Source of the DNA: the human T2T-CHM13v2.0 reference genome, Homo sapiens
Assembly: GCF_009914755.1 (NCBI RefSeq)
Contig: NC_060933.1
Direction: 5' to 3' (one strand)
Length of the DNA: 64,000 nucleotides
The position numbers and the translations under genes are program-made. Below, one piece after another: positions 24,901 to 45,611 of the stretch (within the stretch, counting starts at the first letter, position 1; each line of letters starts with the position of its first letter). Below the pieces are notes generated by a model. It saw nothing but the letters and a program-made list of their open reading frames with translations. It was not told the DNA's origin and did not search any database.

Positions 24901-27900
24901 ATTTTTTTCCCTATGTTTTCTTCTAGGAGTTTTATAGTTTCAGATCTTACATTTAAGCCTTTAATCCATTTTGAGCTTATTTTTAAAATACGTGGTGTAA
25001 AATAAAGGTCAAATTTTATTATTTTGCCTGTGAATATTCACTTGTCCCAATACCATTTATGGAAGAGATTGTCCTCTGCTGTTTGCTTATTCTTGGTGCT
25101 GTCATCAAAGATTAGTTGACTGAATATAGTTGGGTTTACTTCTTGGCTCTCTACTTTGTGTCACTGGTCTATTTGTCAGTTATTATGCCAGTACCATACT
25201 GTTATGATTACAATAACTTTATACTATAGTTTGAAATCAGGAAGAGTGATGCCTTCAGCTTTCTTCTTATGTTTTTCAAAATTGCTTTGGCTGTTCAGTA
25301 TCTTTTATGGTTCCATGTACATTTTAGGATCTTCCTTTCTATTTCTGTGAAAATTGCCATTGGAAATGTGATAGGAATTTTGTTGGACTTACAGATTACT
25401 TTAGAGAGTGTGGTCATTTTATAATATCAGTTCTCCCTGTCCATAAGCATGGAGTATCTTTCCATTTACTTGTATCTTCTTTAATTTTTTTATCAATGTT
25501 TCCTATTTTTCAGTATATAGATTTTTCACCTCATTGGTTAAATGTATTCCTAAATATTTTTTCATGCTATTGCAAATGGGATTTTTCTCTTATTTTTTCA
25601 AATAGTTATTAGTGTTAGAAATGCTACTGATTTTTGTATATAAATTTTGCATCCTGCAAATTTACTGAATATATTCTAACAGTTTTTTGGGAGAGACTAG
25701 GATTTTCTGTATATGAGATCATGTCATCTGCCAACACACACAATTTAACAAATATTCTGATTTGCATGCCCTTTATTCCTTTTCTTACCCAATTTCTGAA
25801 TAGGACTTCTAGCTCCATGTTGAGTAGAAGTGGCAAGGGTGGTTACCGTTGTCTTGTTCCTGATCTTAGGGGAACAATTCCTGCCTTCCAGTAAAAAAAA
25901 AAAAATCTCACTTGGTCATGGTGTATGATCCTTTTAACATGCTGTTGAATTTAGTTTGACAGTGTTTTGTTAAAAATGTTTGTATCTATGTTCATCAGGA
26001 ATATAGCCTCTAATTTTCTTTTCTATATCATTTTTTATATGGCTTAGATATCAGGGTAATGCTGGCCTTGTAGTTTGGAAGTTTTCCCTCCTCTTAAATT
26101 TTTTTTGGAAGAGCTTTGTAAGGATTGGTGTTAATTCTTTTTTAAATGCTTGGTAGAGTTTACCTGTGAAGCCATCAGATCCTGAACTTTTCGGTGTTGG
26201 AAAGTTGTAAATTACCGAGTCAATCTCCTTATTTGTTTTTAGTCTGTTTAGATTTTCTATTTTTTCATGATTCAATCTTGGTAAATTGTAAATTTCTATG
26301 AAGTGATACCTTTTTTCTAAGTTATCCTATTAGCATATAATTGTTAATGGTAGTCTCTTACGATTCTTTGTATTTCTATAGTATCGGTTGTAATGTTTCC
26401 CCTTTTACTTATTATGTTATTTATTTCATTCCATTAGTCTAGCTAATGTTTGCCAATTTTGTTCATCTTGTCTAAAAACCAATTCTTAGTTTTCTTGCTC
26501 TTTTCTATTGTACTTCTCATCTCTATTTCACTTATTTCTGCTCTGATTGTTATTTTCTTCCTTGTGCTGACTTCAGTCTTAGTTCTTCTTTTTCTAGTTC
26601 CTTGAGGTGTTAATTTGGCTTGAGATCTTTCTTTTTTTAACGTATGCATTTATTATTATAAGCTTCCCTCTTTACATGGCTTTTAATGCATCCCATACAT
26701 TTTGATATGTTCCTTTTCCATTTTCTTTTCTCTTAAGATGCTTTTTTATTTCTCTATTGATTTTTTCTTTAACCCATTGGTTGTTCAGGAGCATTAATGT
26801 TTTCTTTCCACATATTTTTGAATTCTTTAATTTTCTTCTTGTTATTCCTTTTTTTTTTTTTTTTTAGCTTTAAGTTCCGGGACACAAGCGCAGAGTGGTT
26901 TGCTGCACCTATCAACCCATCACCTAGGTTTTAAGCCCTGCATGCATTAGCTATTTGTCCTCATGCTCTCCCTCCCCGGCTCCACACCCCAACAGGCCCT
27001 GGTGTGTGTTGTTACCCTCCCTGTGTCTATGTGTTCTCATTGTTGGACTCCCACCTATGAGTGAGAATATATGGTGTTTGGTTTTCTGTTCCTGTGTTAG
27101 TTTGCTGAGGATGATGGCTTCCAGCTTCATCCATGTGCCTGCAAAGACATGTTCTCATTCCTTTTTGTGGCTGCATAATATTCCATGGTGTATATGAACC
27201 ATATTTTCTTTATCCAGTCTATCACTGATGGGCATTTGGGTTGGTTCCATGTCTTTGCTATTGTGAGTAGTGCTGCATAAACGTATGTGTGCATGTATCT
27301 TTGTAATAGAATTATTTATATTCCTTTAGGTATATACCCAGAATGGGATTGCTGGGTCAATTGGTATTTCTGGTTCTAGATCCTTGAGGAATTGCCACAC
27401 TGTCTTCCACAATGGTTGAACTAATTTACATTTCCACCAACAATATAAAAGTGTTCCTGTTTCTCCACAGCCTCGCCAGCATCTGTTGTTTCTTGACTTT
27501 TTAATAAATGCCATTCTGACTGGTGCGAGATGGTATCTCATTGTGGTTTTGATTGGCATTTCTCTAATGACCAGCGATGTTGAGTTTTTTTTTTTTCATG
27601 TTTTTGGCTGCATAAGTGTCTTCTTTTGAGAAGTTCCTGTTTATATCCTTTGCCCACTTTCTGATGCAAATTCTGGATATTAGCCCTTTGTCAGATGGAT
27701 AGATTACAAAAATTTTCTCCAATTCTGTAGATTGCCAGTTCACTCTGATAATAGTTTATTTTGCTGTGCAGAAGCTGTTTAGTTTAATTAGATAATGTTT
27801 GTCAATTTCAACTTTTGTTGCAGTTGCTTTTGGTGATTTCATCATAAAATCTTTGTCCATACCTATGTTCTGAATGGCACTGCCTAGGTTTTCTTCTAGG

Positions 27901-29679
27901 GTTTTTATGGGTTTGGGTTTTACTTTTAAGTCTTTAATCCATCAGGAGATAATTTTTATATAAGGTGTAAGGAAGGGGTCCAGTTTCAGTTTTCTGCATA
28001 TCACTAGCCAGTTTTCCCAGCACCATTTATTAAATAGGGAATTCTTTCCCCATTGCTTGTTTTTGTCAGATTCATTGAAGATCAGTTGGTTGTAGATGTG
28101 TGGTCTTATTTTTGAGGTCTCTATTATGTTCCATTGGTTTATATGTCTGTTTTGTTACCAGTACCATGCTGTTTTGGTTACTGTAGCCTTGTAGTATAGT
28201 TTGAAGTCTGGTAGTGTGATGCCTCCAGCTTTGTTCTTTTTTCTTATGATTGTCTTGGCTATGTGGGCTCTTTTTTGGTTCCACATGAATTTTAAAGTAG
28301 TTTTTTCTGATTCTGTGAAGAATGTAAATGGTAGTTTGATGGGAATAGCATTGAATCTGTAAATTACTTTGGACAGTATGGCCATTTTCATAATATTGAT
28401 TCTTCCTCTCCATGAGCATGGAATGTTTTTCCATTTGTTTGTGTCCTCTCTTATTTCCTCAAGCAGTGGTTTGTAGTTCTTTTTGAAGGGGTCCTTCACA
28501 TCTCTTGTTAGCTGTATTCCTACGTGTTTTATTCTCTGTAGAAATTGTGAATGGGAGTTCATTCATGATTTAGCTCTCTGCTTGTCTATTGTGGTTGTAA
28601 AGGAATGCTTGAGATTTTTGCACATTGATTTTGTATCTTGAGACTGCTGAAGTTGCTTATCAGATTAAGGAGTTTTGGGGCCAAGAAGATGGGGTTTTCT
28701 ACATGTAGGATCATGTTGTCTGCAAACAGAGAAAATTTGACTTCCTCTCTACTTATTTGAATGTCTTTTATTTCTCTCTCTTGCCTGATTGCCATGGCCA
28801 GAACTTCCAATACAATGTTGAATAGGAATGGTGAGAGAGGACATCTTTGTCTTGTGCCAGTTTTCAAGTGGAATGATTCCAGCTTTTGATCATTCAGTAT
28901 AATATTGGCTGTGGGTTTGTCATAAATAAATCTTACGTTTTTTTAGCTGTGTTCCATCAATACCTAGTTTGAGACTTTTTAACATGAAAGGATGTTGGAT
29001 TTTACTGAAGACTTTTTCTGCATCTGTTGAGATAATCATGTGGTTTTTGTCATGGTTCTGATTATGTAATAGATTACATTTATTGATTTGCCCATGTGGA
29101 ACCAGCCTTGCATCCCAGGGATGGAGCCGACTTGATTGTAATGGATAAGCTTTTTGATATGCTGCTGGATTTGATACACCAATATTTTATTAAGGGTTTT
29201 TGCATCAAAGTTCATCAGGGCTATTGGCCTTAAGCTTTCTTTTTTGTTGTGTCTGCCAGGTTTTGGTATCACGATGATGCTAGCCTCATAAAATGAGTTT
29301 GAGAGAAGTCCCTACTTTTCAGTTGTTTGGAATAGTTTCAGCAGGAATGGTACCAGCTCCTCTTTGTACCTCTAGTAAAATTTCGCTATGAATCCATCCG
29401 GTCTTGAACTTTTTTGTTTGTTTGTTTTGATTGGTAGGCTATTTAGTGCTGCCTTACTTTCAGAACTTGTTATTGGTCTATTCAGGGACTCCATTTCTTT
29501 CTGGTTTAGTCTTGGGACGGTGAATGTGTCCAGGAATTTATTCATTTTTCTAGATTTTCTAGTTTATTTGCATAGAGGTGTTCATAGTATCCTCTGATGC
29601 TAGTTTGTATTTCCGTGGGGTCAGTGTTAATATCCCCTTTATCATTTTTTATAGTGTCTATTTGATTCTTCTCTCTTTT

Positions 29680-29965
29680 TTATCTTTAGGTAATTTTTTT
29701 GAGATGGAGTCTCACTCTGTCACCCAGGCTGGAGTGCAGTGGTATGATCTCAGCTCACTGGGACCTCCACCCACCGAGTTCAAGCAATTCTCTTGCCTCA
29801 GCCTCCCGAGTAGTTAGGATTGCAGGCACCTAGCACCATGCCCAGCTAGGTTTTGTATTTTTAGGAGAGACGGAGTTTCACCATCTTAAACTCCTGACCT
29901 CATGATCCATCCACCTCTGCCTCCCAAAGTGCTGGTATGACAGGTGTGAGCCACCGCACCCAGTC
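29680..29965 (-). mobile_element. AluS inserted in ORF2 of the L1PA8-group element
   Basis: gagatggagtctcactctgtcacccaggctgg...gagccaccgcacccagtc; TSD attcttctctctttt (29665-79 / 29967-81); small internal deletion. Confidence 0.93.
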
Positions 29966-30952
29966 AATTCTTCTCTCTTTTCTTCTTTATTAGTCTAGTT
30001 AGTGATCTATTTTATTTATTTTCTTTTCAAAAAGACAGCTCCTGGATTCATTAATTTTTTCAAGGGATTTTCACGTCTCTGTCTCCTTCATTTCCATGCT
30101 GATCTTAGTTATTTCTTGTCTTCTGCCAGCTTTTGGATTTATTTGCTTTTGCTTCTGTAGTTCTTTTCATTGTGATTTAAGGTCTTTCTAGATTTCTGAT
30201 GTGGACATTTAATGTGGACATTTCCCTCTTAACACTGCTTTAGCTATGTCCCAGAGATTCTGGGACGTTGTCTCTTTGTTCTTACTGGTTTCAAAGAACT
30301 TCTAGATTTCTGCCATAATTTTATTATTTACTCAGGAGTTCATTCAGGAGCAGGTTGTTCAATTTCCATGTGGTTGGGTAGTTTTGAGTTTCTTAATCTT
30401 GGGTTCTAATTTGATTGCAGTGTGGTCTGAAAGACTTCTAATTTCAGTAATTTTGCATTTGCTGAGGAGTGTTTTAGTTCCAATTATGTGGTCAATTGTA
30501 GAGTAAATGCCATGTAGCACTCAGAAGAAAGTATATTCTGTTGTTTTGGTGTAAAGCGTTCTATAGATATCTGTTAGGTCCACATGATCCAGAGGTGAGT
30601 CTACATCCTGAATAACGTTGTTAATTTTCTGTCTTGTTGATGTGTCCAATGTTGACAGTAGGGCGTTAAAGTCTCCCGCTACTATTCTGTGGGAGTCTTC
30701 TGCTTTCCGCTTGCTTAGTAAATTTTCCTCCATCACGTTATTTTGAGCCTGTGTTTGTCTTTGCACATGAGATAGGTCTCTTGAATAGAGCACACCTTGA
30801 AACCTGACTCTTCAATCAACTTGCCAGTCTGTGTCTTTTAATTGAGGCATTTAGACCATTTATATTTAAGGTTAGTATTTTTAATGGGTGAATATGATCT
30901 CTCATCATGATGCTGGCTGGTTATTTTGCACAATAGTTGATGCTGTTTCTTC

Positions 30953-37111
<6,159 letters not shown>

Positions 37112-40100
37112 GATGCTGTTTCTTCATAGTGTCATTGGTCTTTATAGTGTCATGTGTTTTGCAGTAGCTGGTACCAGTTTTTCCTTTCTATACTTAGTGC
37201 TTCCTTCAGGAGCTCTTGCAAGGCATGCCTGGTGGTGACAAATTCCCTTAGCATTTGCATGTCTGAAATTGATTTAATTTCTCCTTCAATTACGAAGATT
37301 GGTTTGGCCAGATATGAATTGTGGGTTGAAAATGCTTTTCTTTAAGATTGTTAAATACTGGCCCCCATTCTTTTCTGGACTGTAGGGTTTTGCAGATAGA
37401 TCCACTGTTAGTCTGATGGGCTTCCCTTTGTAGGAGACCTGGCCTTTCTTTCTGGGTTCCCTTAACATTTTTTCCTTCATGTCAACCTTGTAGAATTTGA
37501 TGATTATGTGTCTTGGTGTTGATCTTATCATGGAGTATCTTTTCTGGATTCTCTGTATTTCCTGAATTTTCATGTTGGCCTGTCTTGCTAGGTTGGGGAC
37601 GTTCTCCTGGATATTACCCTGAAGTGTGTTTTCCACCTTGGTTCCATTCTCCATGTCTTTTTCAGGTACTCCAGTCAGTTTTAGTTTAGCCTTTTTACAT
37701 AGTCCCACGTTTCTCAGAGTTTTTGTACATTCCTTTTCATTCTTTTTTCTGTCATGTTGACTGCCTGCCTTATTTCAACAAGATAGTCTTCCACCTCTGA
37801 TACTCTTTTTTTGCTTGATTGATTTAGCTATTGATACTTGTGTATGCTTCACAAAGTTCTCATGCTGCATTTTTCAGCTCCATCAGGTCATTTATGTTCC
37901 TCTCTAAACGGGTTGTTCTAGTTAGCAGCTCCTCTAACCTTTTATCAAGGTTCTTAGCTTCCTTGCATTGCATTAGAGCATGGTCCGTTACCTCTGTGAA
38001 GTTCGATATTACCCACCTTCTGAAGCCTACTTCTGTCAATTCATCCATCTCATCCTCCGTCCTGTTCTGTGCCCTTGCTGGAGAGATATTGCAGTCGTTC
38101 GAAGGAGAAGAGGCACTCTGGCCTTTCCGGCTTTCAGTGTTTTTTTGTTGTTGTTGATTCCTTCTCATCTTCATGAGTTTGTCTAGTTTGTATCTTTGAG
38201 GCTGCTGATCCTTTGATGAGGTTTTTGTGGGAGCTTTATTTTTGTTTGTTTGCTGCTGCTGTTGTTGCTTTCTGTTTGTTTGACATTCTTTCAATAGTCA
38301 GTTCCCTCTTCTGTAGGGCTGCTGTGGTTTGCTGGGGTTCACTTCAGGCACTATTCATCTGGTTCACTCCTGCTCCTGGAGATATCACTTGAGGAGGCTG
38401 GATAACAGGAAAGATGGGTTCCTGCTCCTTCCTCTTGGATCTCTGACCTTGAGGGGTACCAACCTGTTTCAGTAGGAACACTCCTGTATAGGGTGTGTGA
38501 CAACCCCTGTTTGGGGTGCCTCACCCAGTTGGGTGGCATGGGAAGCAAGACCCATTTAATGAGGCACTTTGGCTGTTCCTTGGTGGAAGACGTGGGAAAC
38601 CCACTTGTCTGGGCTGCTGGGTTTCCTCAGAGCTAGCAGGAGGAAAGACTAAATCTGCTGGTCTGTGGAGACTGTGCACACCCCTCCTCCTAGGGGCTCA
38701 GGCCCAGGGAGATCAGAATTCATTCCCTGAGCCCCTGGCTAGAGATGGAGTTCCTGCAGAGAGGCCCTGCATCCACAGTGTTGGCTACGGCCTCCCTTCA
38801 AGGAGCTCAGATGGCTTAGAGAGCAGGCAGCTGCAGCAGTGGTGATGGCTGCCCCTCCCCACAAGTAATTTGCAGGCTTAGGCTGATTCTAGCTGAGTGG
38901 CTGTTGAGAATCTTTGCAGCTCCATGGTTACAACCCAAGGCTTTGGTGGCATAGGATCATGAGTGGGATCTTCCAATCCATGGGTTGCACAGTCCCTTGG
39001 TAAAAGCACAGTTTCCCAGGCTGAGTAGCACACTCACTCACCTCCTCACTTGGGTGCCCTTTGTGGCTCTCAGGTGGGCTGCCACACCACAGTGCCCTTC
39101 CTTCCTTTCTGTAAGTCATGCCAGCTGCCTAGTCTGTCCTAATGACAGAACCTGGATACTTTGGCTTCCAGTGCAGGATTTGCATGCTGTTTTAGATCTT
39201 TTCAATGGGAGCCTCTGATTACCACTGCTTCTAGTTGTCCATCTTGGCCCCACCCCACTCCTTGTTATTGATTTCTAGTTTCATACCATTGTGCTCAGAA
39301 AAGATACTTGATATGATTTTAATTTTCTTAAATTTGTAAAAACTTTCCTGGACCAACGTATGACTTCTCCTGGAGAAAGGTAGTGTGTGCTTGAGAAGAA
39401 TATGTCCTCTGCTGCTATTGAATGAAGTGTTCTCTATATGCCTGTTAGGTTCATAGCGGTATTTAAGTCTGCTTTTTTTTGCATTTATTTTCTATCTGCA
39501 TGATCTACCCATGGTTGAAAGTAGACTATTAAGGTCCTGTACTATATTTTATTGCCATGTCTCCCTTCAGCTCAGTTAATATTTGCCTTATATATTTATG
39601 TTCTCTGATATTGTGTGCATATATACATATATATATACACACACACATAATTATTATAATCTCTTAACATATTTTTAGTATAGATTGGCCTTATTTTTCT
39701 TTTTTTAACAGATTTTTCCTGAAAATCTATTTTGGCTGATATAAGTATCACCACTCTCTCTCTTTTGGTTACCATTTACATGGCAGATATTTCTCATCCC
39801 TTCACTTTCAGTATATGTATGCCCTTAAAGGTGAATCTGAGTTGCTCATAGCAGCACCATTTTGGATCTTGTTTTTTAATCTATTCAGCTACTCTGTGTC
39901 TTTTGATTAGAGAATTTAATTTATTTGCACTTAAAGTAATTATTGACAGGTAGAGACTTTTTATCATTTTGTTAATTTTTTTCTCATTGTTTTGTATTTC
40001 CTTTGATTCTTTATCTTTTGTTGTATTCCTTTGAAATTTGTTGTTTTTATTCTAGTATTATGCTTTGAATCCTTTTTCTCTACAGTTTTTTCTATCCACT

Positions 40101-40445
40101 GAAGGTTTTGTGTGTGTGTGTGTGTAGTTACCAAGAGGCTTAAGTGAAACATGTTATAGTTATAATGTTCTATTTTAAACTGATAACAAGTTATCCATTT
40201 AAACTCTATAATTTTACTTCTCCCCCTTACAAATTATATACTATTAATGTCACTCCTTACATCTCTTTATATTGTGTGTCCATTAAAAATTCATGTTATT
40301 ATAGTTACTTTCAAATTTCTGCTTTTAGTTTTTGTACCACAGTTAAAAAGTAACATCCAGTAGTTTTTCCTACCTGTGGGAGACATATTTCAATATCTCC
40401 AGTGGATGTCTAAAGCAGTAGAGAGTGCCAAACTCTATATATACA

Positions 40446-40727
40446 GAGAAAGATTGTTTGGAAGGCTAAGTCTTCCCTCTTAATAAGTAAAGGTTTTTGC
40501 TTTATAAAAATTTTTTGAGTCATTTTGCCTAAATAAATGACTTATGGTAACCTGGAATTGTATTTGATAATATCAATTGTTTTAAACCATTAACATATTT
40601 GATAGGCTTCCCAAAATCAAACTTCAGCTTCAAAAATGTCTTTTCTGACCCCTAACTTTGGAATGCTACAGAGAGCCCCTGGAGCATCCAAAAGAGAGGT
40701 AAACAGGATTATTTGACATGTTTAGTA
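40446..40727 (+). mobile_element. ERV1 (MER4-group) internal fragment
   Basis: gacttatggtaacctggaattg...cttcccaaaatcaaacttcag...agagaggtaaacaggattatttgacatg resembles MER4-group/HUERS internal sequence. Confidence 0.6.
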
Positions 40728-42289
40728 TGCGGCTCATCTGTAGCAGCTGCTGTGAAGACACTGACTGCAGCAGTGTAGGTGTGGCTGGGGTTGCATGCTC
40801 AAAAGGGCCAGCAAGAACCAGGAATGGGGAAAGCCCCACCCACTATGGAGTTGGAGGGGCAGGAGCCCCATGCCCTCTCCAGGTGCAGCTGCAGCGACCT
40901 AGCCATGACTCTGGATCTGGTTATCCCTCTGCTCTCAGGGGCGCAGGAAGCCCCTGCCCCTGAAGGCTTGGAAGTGCCTGCTTTCACTGTCTCACCTCTC
41001 CCCACTCTTGGCACCTACTCTGGTGTGGAGCAAAGTTGTGGTCGAGCCTGGGCACTCTTGTGACCCAACTGGGTGTGTGAGTGCTTGAGATGGCACTGAC
41101 ATGCCAACTCCCTGCCACCTCAGCTTCCTCTGGACTTTGGGTGCCCGGGAGCAAAGGAGGGAGGCCTGCAGGTTCCCCTCAGCACAAATGACCTGGGCAT
41201 CATTGATAGCATGTTGATGGTGTGAGGCAGACAGGTTCCTGCATGGAAAGAGGCAGGTCTCCAGTAAAACCCCACCTTCAAGCCAGGGATGGCCTGAAGC
41301 CTGGAGGCCAGGCTGCCAATTTCAAGTAGAGTTGCTGACCAGGAGTGAGAACTTATGGTCTTCTCCCAGGCCTGCCCATGGCTGCCCATTGACCAATCAG
41401 CACACACCTCCTCTCTTTTGAGCCCATAAATACGCTTGACTCAGCCAGACTCACACAGACATCAGGACTACCAGCTACAGGAAGGAGCTATCCATTTTAT
41501 ATCTCCTCAACTCATCAAGATGACCTGTGTGTAGAAACGTGCTACCCACTATTGGTCTCCCCTTTCCCGAGAGGTGGACACTAAGACAGATGACCTTCCT
41601 GAGGAAAGGAGCTACTCACTTTGGGTCTCCTGAGAACTGTTCTTCTGCTCAGTGAAGCTCCTGTCCACCTTGCTCATCCTTCAGTTGTCCACATACCTCA
41701 TTCTTCCTGGACATGGGACAAGAACTTGGGACTTGCCAAATGTTAGGACTAAAAGAGCTATAACACAAACAGTGCTGAAACATGCTCCCCTGCTCACAAC
41801 GTTGTGGGTGACAAGAAGGAGAAAACAGCTGCGGCCCTTCAAGGAATTCAGACCTATGTGATCCCTGAGTCAGGACTGTGACACCCTCTTTGGGGCTCTG
41901 TGGATCCTGGTATCTCCAAGCTTTTGGGCACCACCACATTCCCTAGTGCCCACAGCAGAAGCCACTTGCAGTACACCTGGTCCAGCCACAGCCTCACATG
42001 AAGCCAGCACCAGTGTTGGTGCCTGGAGCTGCCTGCCCTGCCACAGCTGTGTGCCTGGCTGTGTGCAGTGGCTGAACCCCATGCTCAATTGCTCACACAG
42101 CAGTCACTGCTCTGTGCCTAGTTCACCCTTGGCAAATGTGGGATTCAGGCCAGTAGCAAGAGGTGAGTGCAGCCTGCCAAGCCTAGTCAGTAGAAGGAGC
42201 CCAGTAGAAGTGAGCAAAACCCAAGCAAAGATGCCACCGGAGACAGAGGTTTCTGGCTGGCCAAGTGAAGCCCTAAGGACACTGTGACA
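40728..42289 (+). mobile_element. MER52-family LTR (~1.56 kb)
   Basis: GC-rich; gcagctgcagcgacctagcc, gaccaatcagcacacac, cccataaa; 3' end ggtttctggctgg...aaggacactgtgaca. Confidence 0.85.
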
Positions 42290-43589
42290 ATACCTTTTAC
42301 AATTAAGCATACATACCTATGATAAAGTTTAATTTATAAATAAGGCACAATAAAAGATTAACAAAAATAATAAAAGAGAACATTTATAACAGTTTAAGAA
42401 ACTCTATAGATATGGCTTCCCTCTATCTCTCTTAAAATATATTATTGTACTATACCATGGGTAATTGAAACTATGGATAGCAGAACTGCAGATAAGAAGG
42501 GATTACTGTACACACCACAATTACTTTATTACAGAATTCTGAAATTTGCTATGTATTTAACCTTACCAGTGAGTTTTATACTTTCATATGTTTTCATAGT
42601 ATTATATAATGCCCTTTATTTAAATTTGAAAACGCTTTTTAGCATGGTTTTTAGGACATCCTATATTTATAATAGTCCTTCAACTTTTACTTTTCTGAGA
42701 ATGTTTGCATCTCTCTTTTATTTCTGAAGGACAGCTTTGCCATGTATAATATTATTAGTTGACATTTTTTTCTTAACAACACTTTGAACATAGCATCCAA
42801 CTCACTTATGACCTTCACAGTTGCTGTAGAGAAATCCACTGATAGCCTTAGGAGTTTTTGCTTGTATGCGATTAGTCTCTTTTGCTACTTTCCAGATCCT
42901 CTCTTATATTTTAATTTGAATGCCATTTTTCCCCCAAGATTAGGAAAATTTTCAGTCATCAGTTATTTAAATACATTTTTCTGCTCCTTTCTCTTTACTT
43001 TTTAGACTCTCTTAATTTATATATTCATTTTCTTGATCATGGCCCATAAGTCCTTTTGCATTCTTCAGCATTTTACGTTCCTTTTGTTTGGCTCTTCTAA
43101 TAGCCTAATTTTGACTAACCTTTCTTCAAGTTCCTTGATTCTTTTTTCTGCATTTTTGAGTCTACTGTTGAAACACTCTATTAGATTTTCCGTTCTATCA
43201 TTGTATTCTTCATCTCCAATATTTGTGTTTGGTTCTATTTTTATGGTTTCTATTTCTTTATTAAACTTTTTATATTGTTTATACACTTAAATCCCTCAGA
43301 TACTGTTGTTTATTTGGGTTCTCTTGCATCACGCTGAGCTTCTTTAAGATAATTGTGAATTATTTGTCATACAATTCATAGATCTCCATTTCTCTGGGGT
43401 TGGTTATTGGAACGTTATTAGTCTCTTTTGATGTTATATTTGCCTACTTGTTCATTATCAGTGCAGCTCTGCTTTGGTATTTGTGCATTTGAAGAAGCAA
43501 ACACTTCCTCCTGTTTTTACAGACTGATTTAGGCAAGTAAAGACCTCTTCCTTTGGGTCTCTGGCCTAATGAGATTGCCCCCAAGAATC

Positions 43590-44520
43590 ACAGTTGAGTA
43601 GGATTGGTGCTAGGTCACATGGGTGCTGCAGAATCTACAGTGGGGGCTGTGGATGATGAACCTATTACCAGAGTCTCAAACGGACATGAATCTTGTCTGT
43701 TTTCTGGGAAAACTGGACTGACTGTAAGTCTTTGGTCAATAGGCTGGCACTAGGAAATGGGTACTTTTCAGGATCCGCAGTTGTGTCTGCAATAGGTGCA
43801 TAGGAAGATGTCCTTCCTTCTGGGTCCCTGAGTGAGCTCCTACTGGGTCACTGAATGAGTTCCTGGACAGGAAGGACTGGCCCTGAAACATAGCTGAGAG
43901 GGGCTAAAACTAGTCATAGGGGTGTTTCAGGCTTCACAGTTTAGACTGAGGTCTGCAAGCCTCTCTCTAGGGGCACAGGCATATATGCTTTTATAGGTCC
44001 TGGGGGACAGAATTGCCCCTAGACTGTGGCTGAATAGAGTCAGGCCACAGGATGCTTCAGGATCTGCAGTGAGATTCAGGCTGGTGGGCCTTCCTCTAAG
44101 AGAAGCATGGAATGGTGTGTCTCCTGGCAGGTCCATGTGAGAGCAGCACTAATCTATGGCTAGAGCTAAAAGGGGCTGGAACTTAGTTACCAAGCTGTTT
44201 CAGAATCTGCTGTGGGACCAAAGCTCAGCAGCCTTGTCTCAGGGACATGAATCTGTGTGTTTTCCTGTGGGTTCCTGAGCATATAGGACTGCTATCAGTC
44301 TGTAGCTGAGAGGGGCTGGAGCCTTTGCAGGCTCATATCTGGGACTGAGGTTGGTGGACCTGTCACTGAAGGCATGGGTGGGCATGACTCTTCCCTCATC
44401 CCTTGGCTGATGGTTCTGGTGGCAGAACCAAGGACAATTGGAACTGGAGCTAATCTACAGGGAGTTGAGGCTGTTTCCAGGTTTGTAATCATGACCACAG
44501 GTGGTGAACCTGCCAACTGG
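43590..44520 (-). repeat. Degenerate ~140-bp tandem monomers in the old L1 5'UTR
   Basis: Recurring (g)ctgagaggggct / ttcaggatctgcag-like motifs near 43600, 43740, 43900, 44035, 44170, 44310 and 44440. Confidence 0.6.
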
Positions 44521-45311
44521 GTGTGGACTTGTTCTTTCAAAACAGTCCTCCTTAGTCTTGGGCCATACTAAGGTTTCACAACCTCTGACCTAAATTTCAA
44601 AGCTCCCACAAAGGCACTTTTTTTCCCATGGATGGCTGCCAAACTATTGTTTCTGTGAGAGGATATGAACAGAGAATCTCCTATTCTATCTTCTTGCTCT
44701 AAAACCTGGTTACTTTATTTTACATTTATTTTACTTTGCTTGAATCAGCATAGAGGTAAGAGATCAGTGGGATGAGTAAAATGACATGGATAAAAGTCAC
44801 TTGGCAGACTAGAAGGTAATTTTTAATTAATAGTGCTCCCATTCGTTGTCTTAAAAACAAATTGGATCTTTATTAATTACCTTGAACATTTGATTTTCTA
44901 TTTTTTCCAAATATTTGATGTAAAAGCAACCGTTCTCTTTTTCACCTCTACCAGAAAAACTTTTAGAATGGTCCTTTGTCTATTTTTTAATATATGATCT
45001 TAAGAGATAAATACTGTGGAAAGAATATTAAGTGTCCTTATATCAACTAATAATTTTAGATTAATTGTCAAGGCACAAAAAGAACATTTTCATAAAGTAC
45101 TTTATTCATAAATATTACTGTGCATTCACTTTTATGTTGTTTCTAACACATGTAACATAGAACTCAACCACTTAAAGTAAGGAGTCAAAAAAGGGATATG
45201 ATTGACCTTTACTGAGCATCAAGCATGTGTTAGATGCTTTCTATGTCCTAATTTAATTTTTATAAACACCTTAGGAATTAATATTCCCATGCTACAATCG
45301 GAGAAAACTTA

Positions 45312-45611
<300 letters not shown>

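Larger units (their letters stand above)
40358..42508. mobile_element. MER44 (Tigger7-derived) DNA transposon split into 40358-40445 and 42308-42508
   Basis: Left cagtagtttttcctacctgtgggagac...ccagtggatg...aactctatatatac; right catacatacctatgataaagtttaatttataa...gcagataagaagggattactg. Confidence 0.75.

Noticed and set aside
37860-38294. Poly-Q-containing 144-aa ORF
   Set aside because: L1PA8-group ORF1 N-terminus plus 5'UTR simple (TGC/TGT)n repeats; the start is an alternative codon and the ORF is truncated.
40718-42310. GC-rich cluster of overlapping ORFs as a host gene or CpG-island promoter
   Set aside because: Lies entirely within the MER52 LTR, is CpG-depleted and has no recognisable protein.
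43590-44520. Spaced repeats as a CRISPR-like or novel array
   Set aside because: Primate DNA; the units are degenerate along their whole length and sit where an L1 5'UTR is expected.
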